Shown piece by piece: positions 1 through 26,715 of a DNA stretch of 64,000 nt (positions are counted from its first letter, which is position 1; every line of letters starts with the position of its first letter). The notes below the pieces were generated by a model. That model saw only the letters and a list, made by a program, of their open reading frames with translations, made no database searches and was not told the origin of the DNA. A program made the translations under genes and the position numbers. Location of the stretch: NCBI RefSeq assembly GCF_009914755.1, contig NC_060939.1. One strand, 5' to 3'. The DNA is from the human T2T-CHM13v2.0 reference genome, Homo sapiens.

Positions 1-2532
<2,532 letters not shown>

Positions 2533-3206
2533 GAAGTTCTTTGCTGTGCTAGCATTCTAGAAAGCAAGATGATAGAGAAAATTATGGATGAAGTCTAGGA
2601 ATGCACAAGATAATACTCAATTCTGAGATAATGTGCATGGACTCATGGAATGAAAGGATGAAAAAGAAGGGGTAACCTTTTTAAAAGAATAATTATGCCT
2701 GGATACAAATAATCCTTTAACTAAAAGATGAGAATGTGAACATACACAGTATGAATGACTTGTAGCCAACTGAGGTCATTTAACGAATCAGATAAATAAT
2801 TCCATGAAGGCGAAAAGTATTTGATTTCAACCCCGGAAGCTCTGAGAGACTGGGCCTGAGTCATTTGGAAAGGTAGAGGTGATTCTCCAACAAATTTAGC
2901 CTTTGAATCCTTTGATAAACTATCAGTAATACAAATCTATTTTGTATGGTACCTTAGGAAATAATACAAAGGGAGTGTGTTGTTTGTTTCTCTTATTTTT
3001 TTTTTAAATATTTGAGCAAGTGATTTGTGATGGTGAAGGTTCTAAAACAGGAATTACACATTGCTACTATTTTACTTTGTACTTCATGTTCAAAGGCAGT
3101 GTTGAACATAATATTTTCTCATATTTTAGACTATGGGCATGCTATTCCAATGTACCTAGAAACTTTTTGTGACATTCTGCTACTTTCCTTATTCATTTAC
3201 CAATAG

Positions 3207-3980
<774 letters not shown>

Positions 3981-4347
3981 TTTATTGGTTCAAACAGCAA
4001 TTCCTTTGAACTTAGAACAGTGTCTAGCACATAACTAGCTAGCTACATGTTTACTTACTAATAGTAGTTACAGTAATAGTAGTAAGAGTAGCAGCAGCAG
4101 GGCAAGAACAGCAAAATGAAAAACTTCAGTAAATCCCCTGGACTCTTTTTTTTTTTTTTTTGAGACAGAGTCTCACTCTGTCACCCATACTGGAGTGCAG
4201 TGGCACAATCTCGGCTCACTACATCCTGACCTCTGGTGATCCACCTGCCTCAGCCTCCCAAAGTGCTGGGATTATAGGAGTGAGCCACCGCACCTGGCCA
4301 TGGACACTTTCTGATTGAGCTAAATGTTACTTTTGTTCCTCATGTAG

Positions 4348-4417
4348 AAAAACCTGGAAATTGAACTCCTGAAACTAGAAAAAGATACAGCAGATGTTGT
4401 TCATCCTTTCTTTTTGG
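4348..4417 (+). CDS. HAUS2: HAUS2 exon 3 (KNLEIELLKLEKDTADVVHPFFL), 70 nt
   Basis: tgtAG acceptor, GTAAGT donor at 4418, frame continuous with exons 2 and 4. Confidence 0.93.
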
Positions 4418-4609
4418 GTAAGTGGTTTGGTTAAGTGGATAATCACTGGAATTTCAACTTTTTCTTGGATTACTGTAAATAAGCACCAGTCAGTCAAATT
4501 ATGATACACCATCATTTTTCCAGGTGTTGTCCCAAAGCTAATGAAATCTTGTATTTCTATGCTGAAATAGAAGTTCTGTTGGCTTGAGTAGTACAAATAG
4601 CATAAAAAG

Positions 4610-5560
4610 TCACCAAATTGGCTCTTCAAAGTCAGGAGAACTTGAAAGACAAAGTCTGAGGAACTTTTCAGATTAAAAGAGACTAAAGGGACATGACAAC
4701 TAAAGCACTGTATGATCATGGATCGATTTTTTATTTTAATGAGATGGGGTCTTCCTATGTTGCCTAGGGTAGTCCTGAATGGCTCAAGCAGTCCTCCCAA
4801 ATCACCCTCCCAAGTAGCTGGGATCACAGGTACATACCACCATGGCTGGCAATGTTTTGAATATTTGATGAGAAAATGTTCTTGTGGCCAGGCGTGGAGA
4901 GTCACGCCTGTAAACCCAGCACTTTGGGAGGCCAAGGTGGGTGGATTGCTTGAGCCCGGGAGTTCAAGACCAGCCAACATGGTGAAACCCTATCTCTACA
5001 AAAAAAATACAAAAACTAGCCAGCATTGTAGCATGTACCTGTAGTGCCAGTTACATGAAAGGCTGAGGCAGAAGGATTGTTTGAGCCTGGGAGGTCGAGG
5101 CTGCAATGAGTTGTGATCGTAGCACTCCACTCCAGCCTGGGTGACAGAGTGAGACCCTGTCTCAAAAATTAAAATTCTTTTTGCTGTAAAGGACATTATT
5201 GGGATACTTAGTGATGTTTAAATATGGACTGTATTAAATATTGGTAGTATTGTATTAATGTTATTTTTTGAATTTGATAATGTGCTGTAGTTATATAGGA
5301 GAATGTTCCTCTTCTTGGGAAATACATGCTAACGTTTTACAGGTAAAAAATATCATGCTGTCTGCAGCTTACTCTAAAGTGGATCAGCAAAAATTAGAGA
5401 GAGAGAGAGAGAGAGAGAGAAGAGAGAGAAAGAAGATAAAAAGAAAATGTAGCCAAATGTTAATAATCGGTGAATAAGTAAAATGTATGTGTGAGTTCAC
5501 CAAGCTTTTTTTGAAACTTTTCTGCAAATCTGAATTTTTCCAAAGAAGAATTTTAAAGAA
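4610..5560 (+). mobile_element. Old L1 (L1M-type) 3' end fragments interrupted by Alus and a (GA)n repeat at ~5396-5430
   Basis: GATTAAAAGAGACTAAAGGGACATGACAACTAAA and downstream motifs resemble L1MC/L1ME 3' UTR. Confidence 0.6.
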
Positions 5561-6181
5561 AGGTCAATTGGCAGCCATTAACTGAATGGGGAAAATAATG
5601 AGATAATCAGAAATAGCTTGTAGGATGACTTTTTTTTTTTTTTTTAAGAGTGTGTCACTCTGTAACCCAGGCTGAAGTACAGGTCGCTGTAACTTCAACA
5701 CGTGGTTTCAACTGATTCTCTCAAGTAGCTAGGACTACTGGCATGTGCCACCATGCCCAGCTAATTTTTGTTTTTTCAATTTTTTTGTAGAGATGAAGTC
5801 TTGCTATGTTGCCCAGGCTGGTCTCGAACTCATGGCCTCAATTCTCCCGTTTCAGTCTCCCAAAACACTGCGATTACAGGTATGAGCTAGAGCACCAGCT
5901 AAGGTGACTCTTTTTCGATGGTCTTTTATAGACTATTAGAGTCAGGGATAGGAAAAAAGACTTTGTGTTAAGAATATAGCTCTGGCTATAAGAACTGAAT
6001 AAGAAGTAGAGATGAGAAACACAGAGAAAGAATTTAGCACTAGATTTGGTTATCACTAGGAAAAGAGATAATAGAAATATATTAGATATACAAAAACCGA
6101 CTAAGAGAAAGTTGTTGAAAATGAAATTGGTATTGGTATTAAAGACAGCAAAAAGGAGACAGGAGGGTAATGATAGGATGA

Positions 6182-6418
<237 letters not shown>

Positions 6419-7341
6419 TGAAAAGTAGAAATTAACAGTTACACCTGTTTTCTGAGTTTACTTTTTGTTTTGCAGTTACTTTGTAGCAGAATTCATAAAA
6501 CAATTAGTGATTGTATTTGTTAACATTATTAATGGTGATATATTAAATCAGAAAGAAAATCTTTGCTTTTAAACCATTATACCTATGGCAAAAAGGAAGA
6601 ACTTGGCCATCGTGTTTTGGGAATTATAAATTATGAGTTTAATGAAAGAAATTAGATCCATAACATGTAACAATAAAAACTGTTTGTATGTGAAGTAAAT
6701 TCATTGTTGTAAAGTACATTCATTGTTGAGTTAATGTTGCCTATATGTAAAAATTCTATTGGCGGGGTTTAACTGGGGCAGATGAAAACACTATCAACTA
6801 AGGGAGGAAAAAACCTGGATTCTGTTCTCATCTCTACTGTTTATATGCCTCAAAGCCTTGAGCAAATGATTTACATTTTTGCCTTAGTTTCCCAATAAAT
6901 AGAATAGAGATGAGTTCTATTGCCCTCTTCCTCACAGAGTATTACAAGTATCAAATTGAAGATGTAGATTATGACTAATGATAAATACTAGCCTGGACAA
7001 CATGGCAAAACCCTGTTTCTACAAAAAAAAAAAATATAAAAATTAGCAACACATGATGGAACACACCTGTATTCCTGAGCTGGGAGGGTGACCTGAGCCC
7101 AGGAGGTCAAGTCTGCAGTGAGCTGTGATTGCACTAGCCTGGGTGACAGAGTGAGACCCTGTCTCAAATAAATACGAAGCAAGCATCTGGGGATCTCATT
7201 GCTAACTTTCTCCGCCAGTGCCTCACTAGCTTAAGCAAATCAGTATCTTAAGTGTCAGATTTTTTATTTTGTAGGAAAATAATAGATATACAAAAACTTA
7301 TTCTTCCAAAAAAACAAAACAAGGCTGGGCACAGTGGCTCA

Positions 7342-7650
<309 letters not shown>

Positions 7651-8162
7651 TTAGTACATTATCATTACCCTTAATGTATATATTGTACTACATCTAAGAA
7701 CTAGGCAATGATTTGAAAGCATTTTTGCAAGTGCAGAGATTCAAAGTAGCTTTCTATGTAGGCTATTTCAGTTAAGTACATTTATCCTTATTGTCTTCAT
7801 TCTTCACAGAGAATGAGTAAGTTGAAATGGAATGAGGCCAGGCGTCATGGCTCACGCCTGTAATCCCGGTAATTTGGGAGGCCAAGATGGGTTGATCACT
7901 TGAGGCCAGCTGGGAGTTTGAGACCAGCTTGGCCAACATGACAAAACCCTGTGTCTACTAAAAATACAAAAATTAACTGAATATAGTGGTGCACGCCTGT
8001 GATCTCAGCTACTCAGGAGGCTGAGGCACAAGAATCACTTGAACCCAGGAGGCAGAGATTACAGTGAGCCGAGATTGTGCCACTGCACTCCAGCCTGGGC
8101 AACAGAGTCAGACTCTGTCTCAAAAAAAAAAAAAAAGAAATGGGGCTGGGCAAGGTGGCTCA

Positions 8163-8417
<255 letters not shown>

Positions 8418-8737
8418 TCAAAAAAAAAAAAAAAAAAAGAAAAGAAAATGGAATGGGGTTTTTTTATCTAGGGAGAAAATGATTAACATTGAGGTTTCTC
8501 TAACATTAAGTTGGATTCCAGATAGGATTACTGTTGTCTCTTTCCATTTTTTTATTTGGATGACAAGTTGCTTAAAGTGAAAGAGAAGGACCTTTTTTTA
8601 ATCACTAATATTTCTATGAATGCAGGAAGGTTGTTATTGGCTCTCTAGGTTGATTGTAATTCTTATCTCAAATTAAAAGTCCTGATTAAAGGAGAAGAAA
8701 AGGAACGTAAAACAATTAAACTTTAAAAAATGGTTGA

Positions 8738-8911
<174 letters not shown>

Positions 8912-8973
8912 TAGAGGTGTGCTCTCCCAGTTTAGCTTTTTAATAGCTAATATTACGAGCTAGTTAATTTTTA

Positions 8974-9316
<343 letters not shown>

Positions 9317-9781
9317 TTAGACCTTGGATTTAACATTTTCTTTTTTATATAATTTTTATTTAGAAGCCATTTTAAATTATTTTATTCCAACATTTAATAA
9401 ACATGTGTTGGCTTCATTGTGCCGTGGCTATGCTACATGTATTGTGAAAGATAGATATGACCAATCCCTGCCTTCAAATTCTCAACGTTTGGTGAGACAG
9501 CTGTAAAATATACATTTTCTACTTATAGGATTATATTTGCATAATAAATGCAGCAAAGAATTACAAAGAGATGCCATCTATTGAGCATAGAAAAGGGAGG
9601 AATTACTTCCAGTTTAGGAGGATTCTGAGTAGGATAGGGATAGGAAGACTTCAATAAAGTTTTTGTTTTGTTTTTTAAATAGAGACGAGTTCTCACTATG
9701 TTACCTAGGCTGGTTTCGAACTCCTAAGCTCAAGTGAGGCACCCGCCTCGGCCTCTTAAAGTGCTGAGATCACAGGCATGA

Positions 9782-10082
<301 letters not shown>

Positions 10083-10395
10083 TGATCCACCTGCCTCAGC
10101 CTCCCAAAGTGTTGGGATTAAAGGCCTGAGCCACCGCACTTGCCAAAGTAAGCTGAATCTTAAGGAATAAGTGAAATTCGGACATGCATCAGAAAGAATA
10201 GTTTGGCCAAAAGGAGCAATGTGAGGAAAGACATAAAAGTCAAAGAACCCAGAGAGTATGGGGGAAAAGTGATACTCCACTTTGGCTGATGCGTAAAGGT
10301 ATTGAGGAGATTAGCTCAGGGTTAGTTTATGCAGTGCCTTAAAAACCAGACTAATAACCTTAGACTTTACTGTCTGAGTATTGGGGAGCCATTGA

Positions 10396-10397
<2 letters not shown>

Positions 10398-10443
<46 letters not shown>
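10398..10443. repeat. (TG)n microsatellite
   Basis: Pure TG run of about 22 units. Confidence 0.95.
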
Positions 10444-10448
<5 letters not shown>

Positions 10449-10524
10449 TTTTTTAGTGAAGGGTGCAGAGGAGTGACTTGATTAGAACTGCCTTAATCAT
10501 GGAGAAAATATTGGATAGAGCAGA

Positions 10525-10693
10525 CTGAGCCTTGCTACTCTTGAGTATGGGCAGAGAGTATCAACATCACTTGGAAGCTTGTTATAAATACAAAACTACA
10601 GACATCATGCACCCTAGAACTTCAGAATCAGAATCTACGTTTTAACAAGTTCCTCAGGTGATTCCTGTGCACATTAAAGTTTGATCAGCTCTG
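10525..10693. mobile_element. MER5A-like hAT DNA transposon fossil within L2-like sequence
   Basis: GAATCAGAATCT...TTTTAACAAG..CCTCAGGTGATT...ACATTAAAGTTTGA signature. Confidence 0.7.
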
Positions 10694-11025
10694 GATTAGA
10701 AGACTAGGCAGAGAAACCAAAGGCAGAAAAACCTGGAGACTAATTACCGTCATTCAGATAAAAGATTTAAAGCATAGGAATACAGAAGATAATTTTTTTA
10801 GATTTTGGAGGTCACATTTTTAGAACTTGGCTATGAATTGGACAAGGGACACATCAAAAATAATGAAGTTTCTAGTCTGGGTGACTTGAAGGTGAGTAGT
10901 ATCAAGTGTGGGTTAAAGAAGTTAGTAAGTGGGCTGGGCGCAATGGCTCACACCTGTAATCCCAGCACTTTGGGAGGCTGAGGTGGGTGGATCACGAGGT
11001 GAGGAGATCACGACCATCCTGGCTA

Positions 11026-11229
<204 letters not shown>

Positions 11230-11569
11230 TTAGTAAGTTTATTTTTTGACACATCTTGCACATGTAGTAAATGGTCAATCATTTTTGAACTGTAGTTAGA
11301 CTGAGTTTGAGATATTGAAGGTACATCCAGATAGAGATTACCAGTAGTCTTAAATGTGGGCCTGAATTTTAGGAAGGAAGTTAGGTTTAGCAATATAAAT
11401 TGAGGGTCATCTGCATTGAGTGATTATTGAAGACAAAAGAGTTGAACTCACAAAGAGTAGGTTTGTACTGTAAGAAGTGGGAAAGCACAGTTTTAAGGAG
11501 CTTTTGAAGTAAGGGGCTGGAAAAAGATCATGTGTTAACCTTTGGTATCAGTTACTGATGATATAATGA

Positions 11570-11827
<258 letters not shown>

Positions 11828-12129
11828 TCATCAACTTTATTTTTGCTTAATTATGTGTAGTCATATGAAGTCTATTTCTAGTTGACTGTAACATGGGTAT
11901 TAATAGTCTTTGCTGCTGGTAATACTGAAAGAACCTGCTTTATATTGGAGTATCAAGATCTCAGGTTCATTAAGACCAAACTGACTTTTCCTTTGTTTTT
12001 CATATATTTTTATTCTACCTTTCAGTAAAACTAGAGAAGCTAAAAAAGAGCCATGACAATTTATTAATATAAGTGAATTAACCATTTCTCAGGTGGGAAA
12101 TTCTCTTTTTTTAAAAATGTGTGTTTATC

Positions 12130-13109
<980 letters not shown>

Positions 13110-13117
13110 TCACTAAG

Positions 13118-14010
13118 TATGCAGAAAAGAGTAACACAGCCAGCCTGACTTATCCTTTGAAAGGCCTGATTATAAGGTTTGTCCTCAGCTGTTGCATCTG
13201 GGAACTTAGATATCAGAAGGTATCTTAGTCTGTTCTGCTGTCATAACAGAATTACACAAACTAAGTATTTTATAATGAACAGAAGTTTATTTGGTTGACA
13301 GGTGTGGAGGCTAGGCAGTCCAAGAACATGGTGCCAGCATCTAGTGAGGGTCTTGCCATGGCAGAAGGCACCACATGGCAAGTGAGCATGAGAAAGATAT
13401 ATGGGTCTAAACTTAGCCTTTTATCATGAGCCCACTCCCAAGATAGCAGCACTAATTCATTAATGAGGGCAAAGCCCTCCTTACCTAATTACTTTTTAAA
13501 GGTCTCATAACACTTTTACAATGTCAATTAAATTTCCAACACTTGAACTTTGGGGGACATATTTAAACCTTAACAGGAGGGCTCCACTCACTGAAAAGAG
13601 TCGTTCATGGTAGCTAACCTGTGGTTTGTGCTGAAAACCTGCTTTCTTCCTGGGAGTCTAGAATTTTGGTACATGGTAGGTAGAAGGTACCTACGTGACC
13701 AGCCCCCAGTAAAAACCCTGGGCACTGTATCTCTAACAAGTTTCCCTGGTAAACAACATTTCTCACATGTTGTCACAATTCAGTTGCTGGTGGAATGAAA
13801 CAACAGATATGTGTGACTCCACTGTTAGAGGACTCTGGAAGCTTATACCTGGTTTCCCCCAGACTTTGCCTCTGTACCTTTTCTCTTTGCTGTTTTGCTT
13901 CATATGCTTTTGCTGTAATAAATCATAGCTGTGTGATGATATGCTGAGTCTTGTGAATTCTCCTAGCAAATCATGGAACCTGGAGGTAGTCTTGGAGACC
14001 CTGGCATACA
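13118..14010 (+). mobile_element. MER21-family solo LTR (MER21C-like), interrupted by a MaLR LTR
   Basis: Starts T(A)TGCAGAAAAGAGT; internal GTGACCAGCCCCCAGTAAAAACCCTGGGCACTG; AATAAA at 13917; ends ...ACA. Confidence 0.75.
13221..13575 (-). mobile_element. MaLR LTR (MST/MLT1A-like) inserted into MER21
   Basis: TATCTTAGTCTGTT...AAACCTTAACA ends; near 5 bp TSD GAAGG/GGAGG. Confidence 0.75.
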
Positions 14011-14299
14011 AAGCAGTTCCTAAGTGTTTACTGGTAGCTGTAGGAATAGGCAAAGAAGAAACAGCAAAGAAAAAGGCACACTGTGGTATAACTTTGGAGG
14101 TTTACCTTGCAAAATGCTCAGATATTTTACCTATCAGAGGTTATTGTGCATATAATAGAGAGTGATATACTAACAACTGCCTCAGGATATACTCTTTTTA
14201 ATCAGTATTGTAACTAACCTTGGCTTATTTTACTTTTAGACTTGGGGTTCTATTTTGCTTTAAAACATGTACATCAGTTTTGTTTTTTGTTTTGTTCTT

Positions 14300-14616
14300 T
14301 TCTTTCCTTTTTTTTTTTTTTTTTTTAAAGACAGGATCTCACTCTGTCACCCAGGTTGCTGAGAGTGTGGTGTGGCCCAATCTTGACCTCACTGCAGCCT
14401 TGACCTCTCAGGCTCAAGTGATCCTCCCACCTCAGCCTCCCAAGTAGCTGGGACTATAGGCACGCGCCACCACGCCTGGCTAATTTTTGTATTTTCTGTA
14501 GAGACAGAGTTTTGCCATGTTGTTGAGGCTGGTCTTGAACTCCTGGGTTCAAACGACCCTCCCGCCTCAGCCTCCGAAAGTGCTGGGAGTACAGGTGTTA
14601 GCCACTGCGCCTGGCC
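14300..14616 (-). mobile_element. Antisense Alu (AluJ-like) in the HAUS2 3' UTR
   Basis: Poly-T followed by reverse-complement Alu body. Confidence 0.9.
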
Positions 14617-14978
14617 TCATTGTACTCCTTAACACAAGAAGACTTCAACAATGATAAGTAGTTGTTTATAAGGAAGCAGGATCATTACCAAAATAAATCC
14701 TGCTAAAACAACAGGAATCATGTTTTAAAGCCTAGTTTGCTAATTTTTGCTAGTAGGATAAGAGTGATCGTAATATCTCGAACATTACATAGACACTTAA
14801 AACCTTTAGTTGTATTTCATCAAAAATCTGTTCATACCCCACGTTGGTTTCAAAACATACTATGCTTTTTCTTCGTGTTATTTCCTATATTCATTTTTGT
14901 GTGTATGTGTATGTCACAAATATTGATATGCCTGGTTGTTTATTTTTGTTTTCTATTATGCCTTTTTCAAAATATAAA

Positions 14979-14984
14979 AATAAA
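14979..14984 (+). terminator. Candidate distal poly(A) signal of HAUS2
   Basis: AATAAA in U-rich context; alternative AATAAA at 13917 and 14692. Confidence 0.65.
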
Positions 14985-15181
14985 CTTGTAATTTCTAACT
15001 AAAATTTTTTAGTCCTAGTCTGAATTTAAAGTGATAGAAAGGACTGATGCACTGTTTAACTTATACAGTATAGGCATATAGGCTCTCAGAATCAAAAGAG
15101 CTTGAGGTAAGTTAAGCCTGAGGTCTACTTCAAAGAGAAAGCTAATTTAATACTCTTCCAGAGTCAATCAGTGCTGATTAA

Positions 15182-15437
<256 letters not shown>

Positions 15438-15954
15438 TGAGATGAGGTCTCGTCGTGTTGCCCAGGCTGGTCTTGAACTCCTGGGTTCAAGCAATCTTGG
15501 CCTCCCAAAGTGCTGGGATTACAGGTGTTAGCCCCTTGCACCTAGCCTGAATGTCTGTGTTTCCTACTTACACTAGAAGAGGTGTGTGAGATTTGCAAAT
15601 TTATTGCCAGCATAACAGTGATGCCAGTTTGTGAAGACCATTCTGGAGGAATTGAGATGCTGCCTGGTTTTCCTAGCATTTTTCTTATTTTCTTTCTTTC
15701 TCTATGTGACTCTACCAGTCTGACCCCTGATTTATCCTCTGAAACCCTCAATGAAGTCAGGAACAGTCTGAGGAATAGCAGAACCTAAAAGATTTCTTGA
15801 CATGCAAAATCTATAATAGAGTTGAGATTTTAATAAGACTGTAATTAGTGTATTGTGGGATTTCTTCACATATCTGTAAAACACATGAATTTACATAAAA
15901 GATTTATCTCACAATTTGGGGAATCCACTAATTGAGTTTACTAAAAAAATTATG

Positions 15955-19827
<3,873 letters not shown>

Positions 19828-20099
19828 TGAGTACAGACGGGGTTTCACCAGGTTGGTCAGGCTGAACTCGAACCCCTGACCTCAGGTGATCTCGCTTCAG
19901 CCTCCCAAAGTGCTGGGATTACAGACGTGAGCCACTGCACCCGGCCTGCCTCGAAAATTTAACCACAGAATTGACAGTTCAAGCGAACGCAGAGAATAAA
20001 AGTATTTAGCAAATTACTTTGCAAACTTTCGGACCAAAAGTTGATTTACTTGACTTTACATAGCACGGACACCTAGTCGAGGAACAAAAACTATTTCTG

Positions 20100-21260
20100 G
20101 GTAAGCGGGGCCAGGAACAACAGACTTAGCACTGAGTCCTCGCGGCCCACTCGGCTCAGGATTGGCTGAAGCTGGGCCGGCACTGCTGGGCCGGGTGCGG
20201 CACGCGCATGGGTGGGGGCGTCCCAAGAGGCTGTAGGGCGGAGCGAGGCGGGGCGAGCCCGGGCGTCCTCCCGCCCACCGACTAGCCAAGGCTCGGCGGG
20301 CACCACCCAGCTCGGGATGCAGCGCGTGTTTGGGCGGGGGCGACCCGGGAGGCTTCGGATGGAACGAGGCGGAGCGAGCCCTGGCATCCTCCCGCCCACC
20401 AGGCTAAGGACTGGCCGAACGTCCACACGGGCCCGCCTGCTCTGGCTGCGGCGCGTGTTTGGGCGGGGGCGAGTCAGGAGGCTTTAAGGAGGATTGAGGG
20501 GAGGCGGGGCCGGGAGTTCTCCCGCCCACCGGGCTCAGGATTGGCCGAAGCTAGGCAGGCACCGCCCCGCTCGGGCGGCAGCTCGCGTCCGCGCGGCGGC
20601 GTCCCCAGAGGCGCGTGGGGCGGGCGGGGCTGGGTTGGGGCTGTGTCTGGGCTTAGGGCGGGGGCCTGGGATGCTGCCGCTGAGCTGACCCGCTGGACTT
20701 GGGTTGTGGCAGACGGATGGCGAACGTGCAGGTCGCCGTGCGGGTCCGGCCGCTCAGCAAGAGGTGAGTCTCCGCGGGAGAGGGCGCCTGAGGCTTCACA
20801 GGAGCTGAAAAGAGCGGGAGGTCCGCGTCTCCCCCTGCAGAGATTCTGGCGCGCAGAAATCGGTGACAAAGTGACCCGGGGGGTCGGGGTCCGGAATCCA
20901 CGGAGGCCTGGCGGGACGGGACCTCAGTCGAGCTTTCGCGTTGTGTCCTGGGGATAGCGGTTCCCGGACGGCCGCGGGAGGGCTGCCCTGGGTGAGCGTC
21001 GCTGGCGTCCTGCCAGCAGGAGTTTCGAGGGACGGCGGCTCGAGGCTTGCTGCATCGGGTTGGGCCTTTGAGAAAGGCTGGGAGAGGGGTGAGCATTCTC
21101 CTCTCTCTTTCTGGGGGCTTGGGAGTACCCATGAGGACTGAGGCTGAATGGTGTGTGTTCCTGGGTGCGCGTGGGCTTCTCTGCGAAGATGTGGAGAAAG
21201 CAGAAGGTGAGGGCGTGAGGGGGAAATTGAGGCCGACACAGGTCGCGGTTTCTTTCTATG
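20100..21260 (+). promoter_or_regulatory. STARD9: STARD9 CpG-island promoter and first-exon region with GC boxes and inverted CCAAT boxes
   Basis: Very high GC/CpG; ATTGG at 20161 and 20540; many GGGCGG; no obvious TATA box. Confidence 0.9.
20717..20763 (+). CDS. STARD9: STARD9 (kinesin-3, KIF16A) coding exon 1, MANVQVAVRVRPLSK(R)
   Basis: Kinesin N-terminal VxVAVRVRP motif; GTGAGT donor at 20764. Confidence 0.93.
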
Positions 21261-22100
21261 CTCGACAGCTGATTTAATCCAGGACGGAACTGTTAAGTAG
21301 GGGAAGTTGTTCCAACCCCTTCTTTCTCTCAGAGCCCTCAGTGCCCGTTTTCTCGTGGCTTATTTTGATTCCGCACCTCTCATCTCAGCCCTTGAGACAT
21401 CCAGTGTGCAGCCACGAACTTTTTTCTCTTTGTCACCAGATGAAGTGTTTTTTAAAGATCAATTAGAGTTTGTTGACAGGTGGAGAGAGTTTAAAGAGCC
21501 TTCTATGTAGTAAGACCGCCAAGAGCAAAGGACTTAGACTGTAAGGGACTAACTAGAGGTTAAGTTTTGGTGGGGAAAGGGTGGTTGGTGTGGAGGGAAG
21601 TGAGTGGTGGAAGGTAAATCTGGCAGAGGGTGCTTTGGGGACCAGGAGGCACATGTTGGAATTATTTGGCAAGTTTAAAAATCTCTGGGACATAAGATAG
21701 CTTGATAATTGGGCAGAAGGATCAAGAAAGGTATCGTCTCCCATAATAAAATTGGGTACTAGTGTGGATTATGTTCGTCCTCATATAGAAATGATTGGCT
21801 TTGAAAAGTCTTGTAATTGACAGACTAATGGGAAGAGCAATGAGATAGAAAGAAACAAAAAGTTAAAGAGAATAGGAAGAAGGCAAAAGAGGTACACTGA
21901 AGAAAGAGGGAAAGCAGATGCCTGACCTGCTGCGTTTTGATTGGTAAATGGCTTGTGACACCTGGCTTCTTCATAACTGGATGTGGTAGCTCAGGGCTGG
22001 GGGGGGGTTTATAAGTGCAGATGCTATGCTGGAGGTAGTCTCTGGTATATTCTGTATTTGTGAAACTGTTCTTTTAGGGTTCTCAGGATAACAGTATTGA

Positions 22101-22359
<259 letters not shown>

Positions 22360-22999
22360 TAGCCAGGATGGTCTCGATCTCCTGACCTCGTGATCTGCCC
22401 GCCTGGGCCTCCCAAAGTGCTAGGATTAGAGGCGTGAGCCACTGCGCCCAGCCGGACACTAGGAATTTATAATAGCATGAATTAGATTAAGAAAATGATG
22501 CTGAAATTGGTTTACTTGCAGCCACAGTAGAGAATAACATACCAAACAAAAGTGAAGGGAAAATGAAAGCACAATTTATTTACTTTCAGCTCAAGTTAAG
22601 AGCCTTGAGCAGCAAGTGGTAGGATGTCAAGACTGTAGATACCCAGGTGTGAACAGATTGTAGCAGGCTGAAGATTCAGGAGCAGATACAGATAAACCCA
22701 GTGTGGCCCCAGCCAAGAGGTCCGGATCACTTCCCTCTTCTCACAGAATCCTGCAGAGATGGCAGCTGTTCTTCAGGGGGTGTTATACGGTCTTCATTGA
22801 GGCTTATCTGAATGTGGGGAATCTGGTGATTATGTGGTTTGTTCCAACCTTCAAATAAGTCATTGGCACACACTCAGTTGACAGTCATTGGATCTGATGT
22901 TGTGCTTGGGAAGAAATCTTACAGATGATCTGGCCCAAGCTTCTATTTTTTGTTTTTCCAGATGACAGAATGGTTTGGCTTAAGTTCTAAAAGTAGTAA

Positions 23000-23411
<412 letters not shown>

Positions 23412-23624
23412 TAAAATGATACTGCTGTATAGGAAATGGTTTTGATGTCCTCCCCTCTACCTCACAGTTTCCCATAATCAGAAATTGCATATCTCATTAT
23501 GAAATTGCTGCCCTTTGTCTACTCCAATTAACCATTATGAGAACACATCTGATCTGCCAATACTGTAGGCTCTAGAAGACTATTTGCCCTGTCAAAACTT
23601 ACTCTTTACCCACTGTATAGCTTT

Positions 23625-26715
<3,091 letters not shown>

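Noticed and set aside
4375-4980. Longest ORF in the track (201 aa, minus strand)
   Set aside because: Chance read-through of Alu and L1 fragments antisense to HAUS2; no recognisable domain
20134-20630. Repeat-spacer-like periodicity suggestive of a CRISPR-type array
   Set aside because: Eukaryotic promoter; whole units are homologous, with no unique spacers and no cas genes
20056-21277. Overlapping R/G/P-rich ORFs on both strands
   Set aside because: Stop-codon scarcity in a CpG island; only the 47 nt STARD9 exon 1 has homology and splice support
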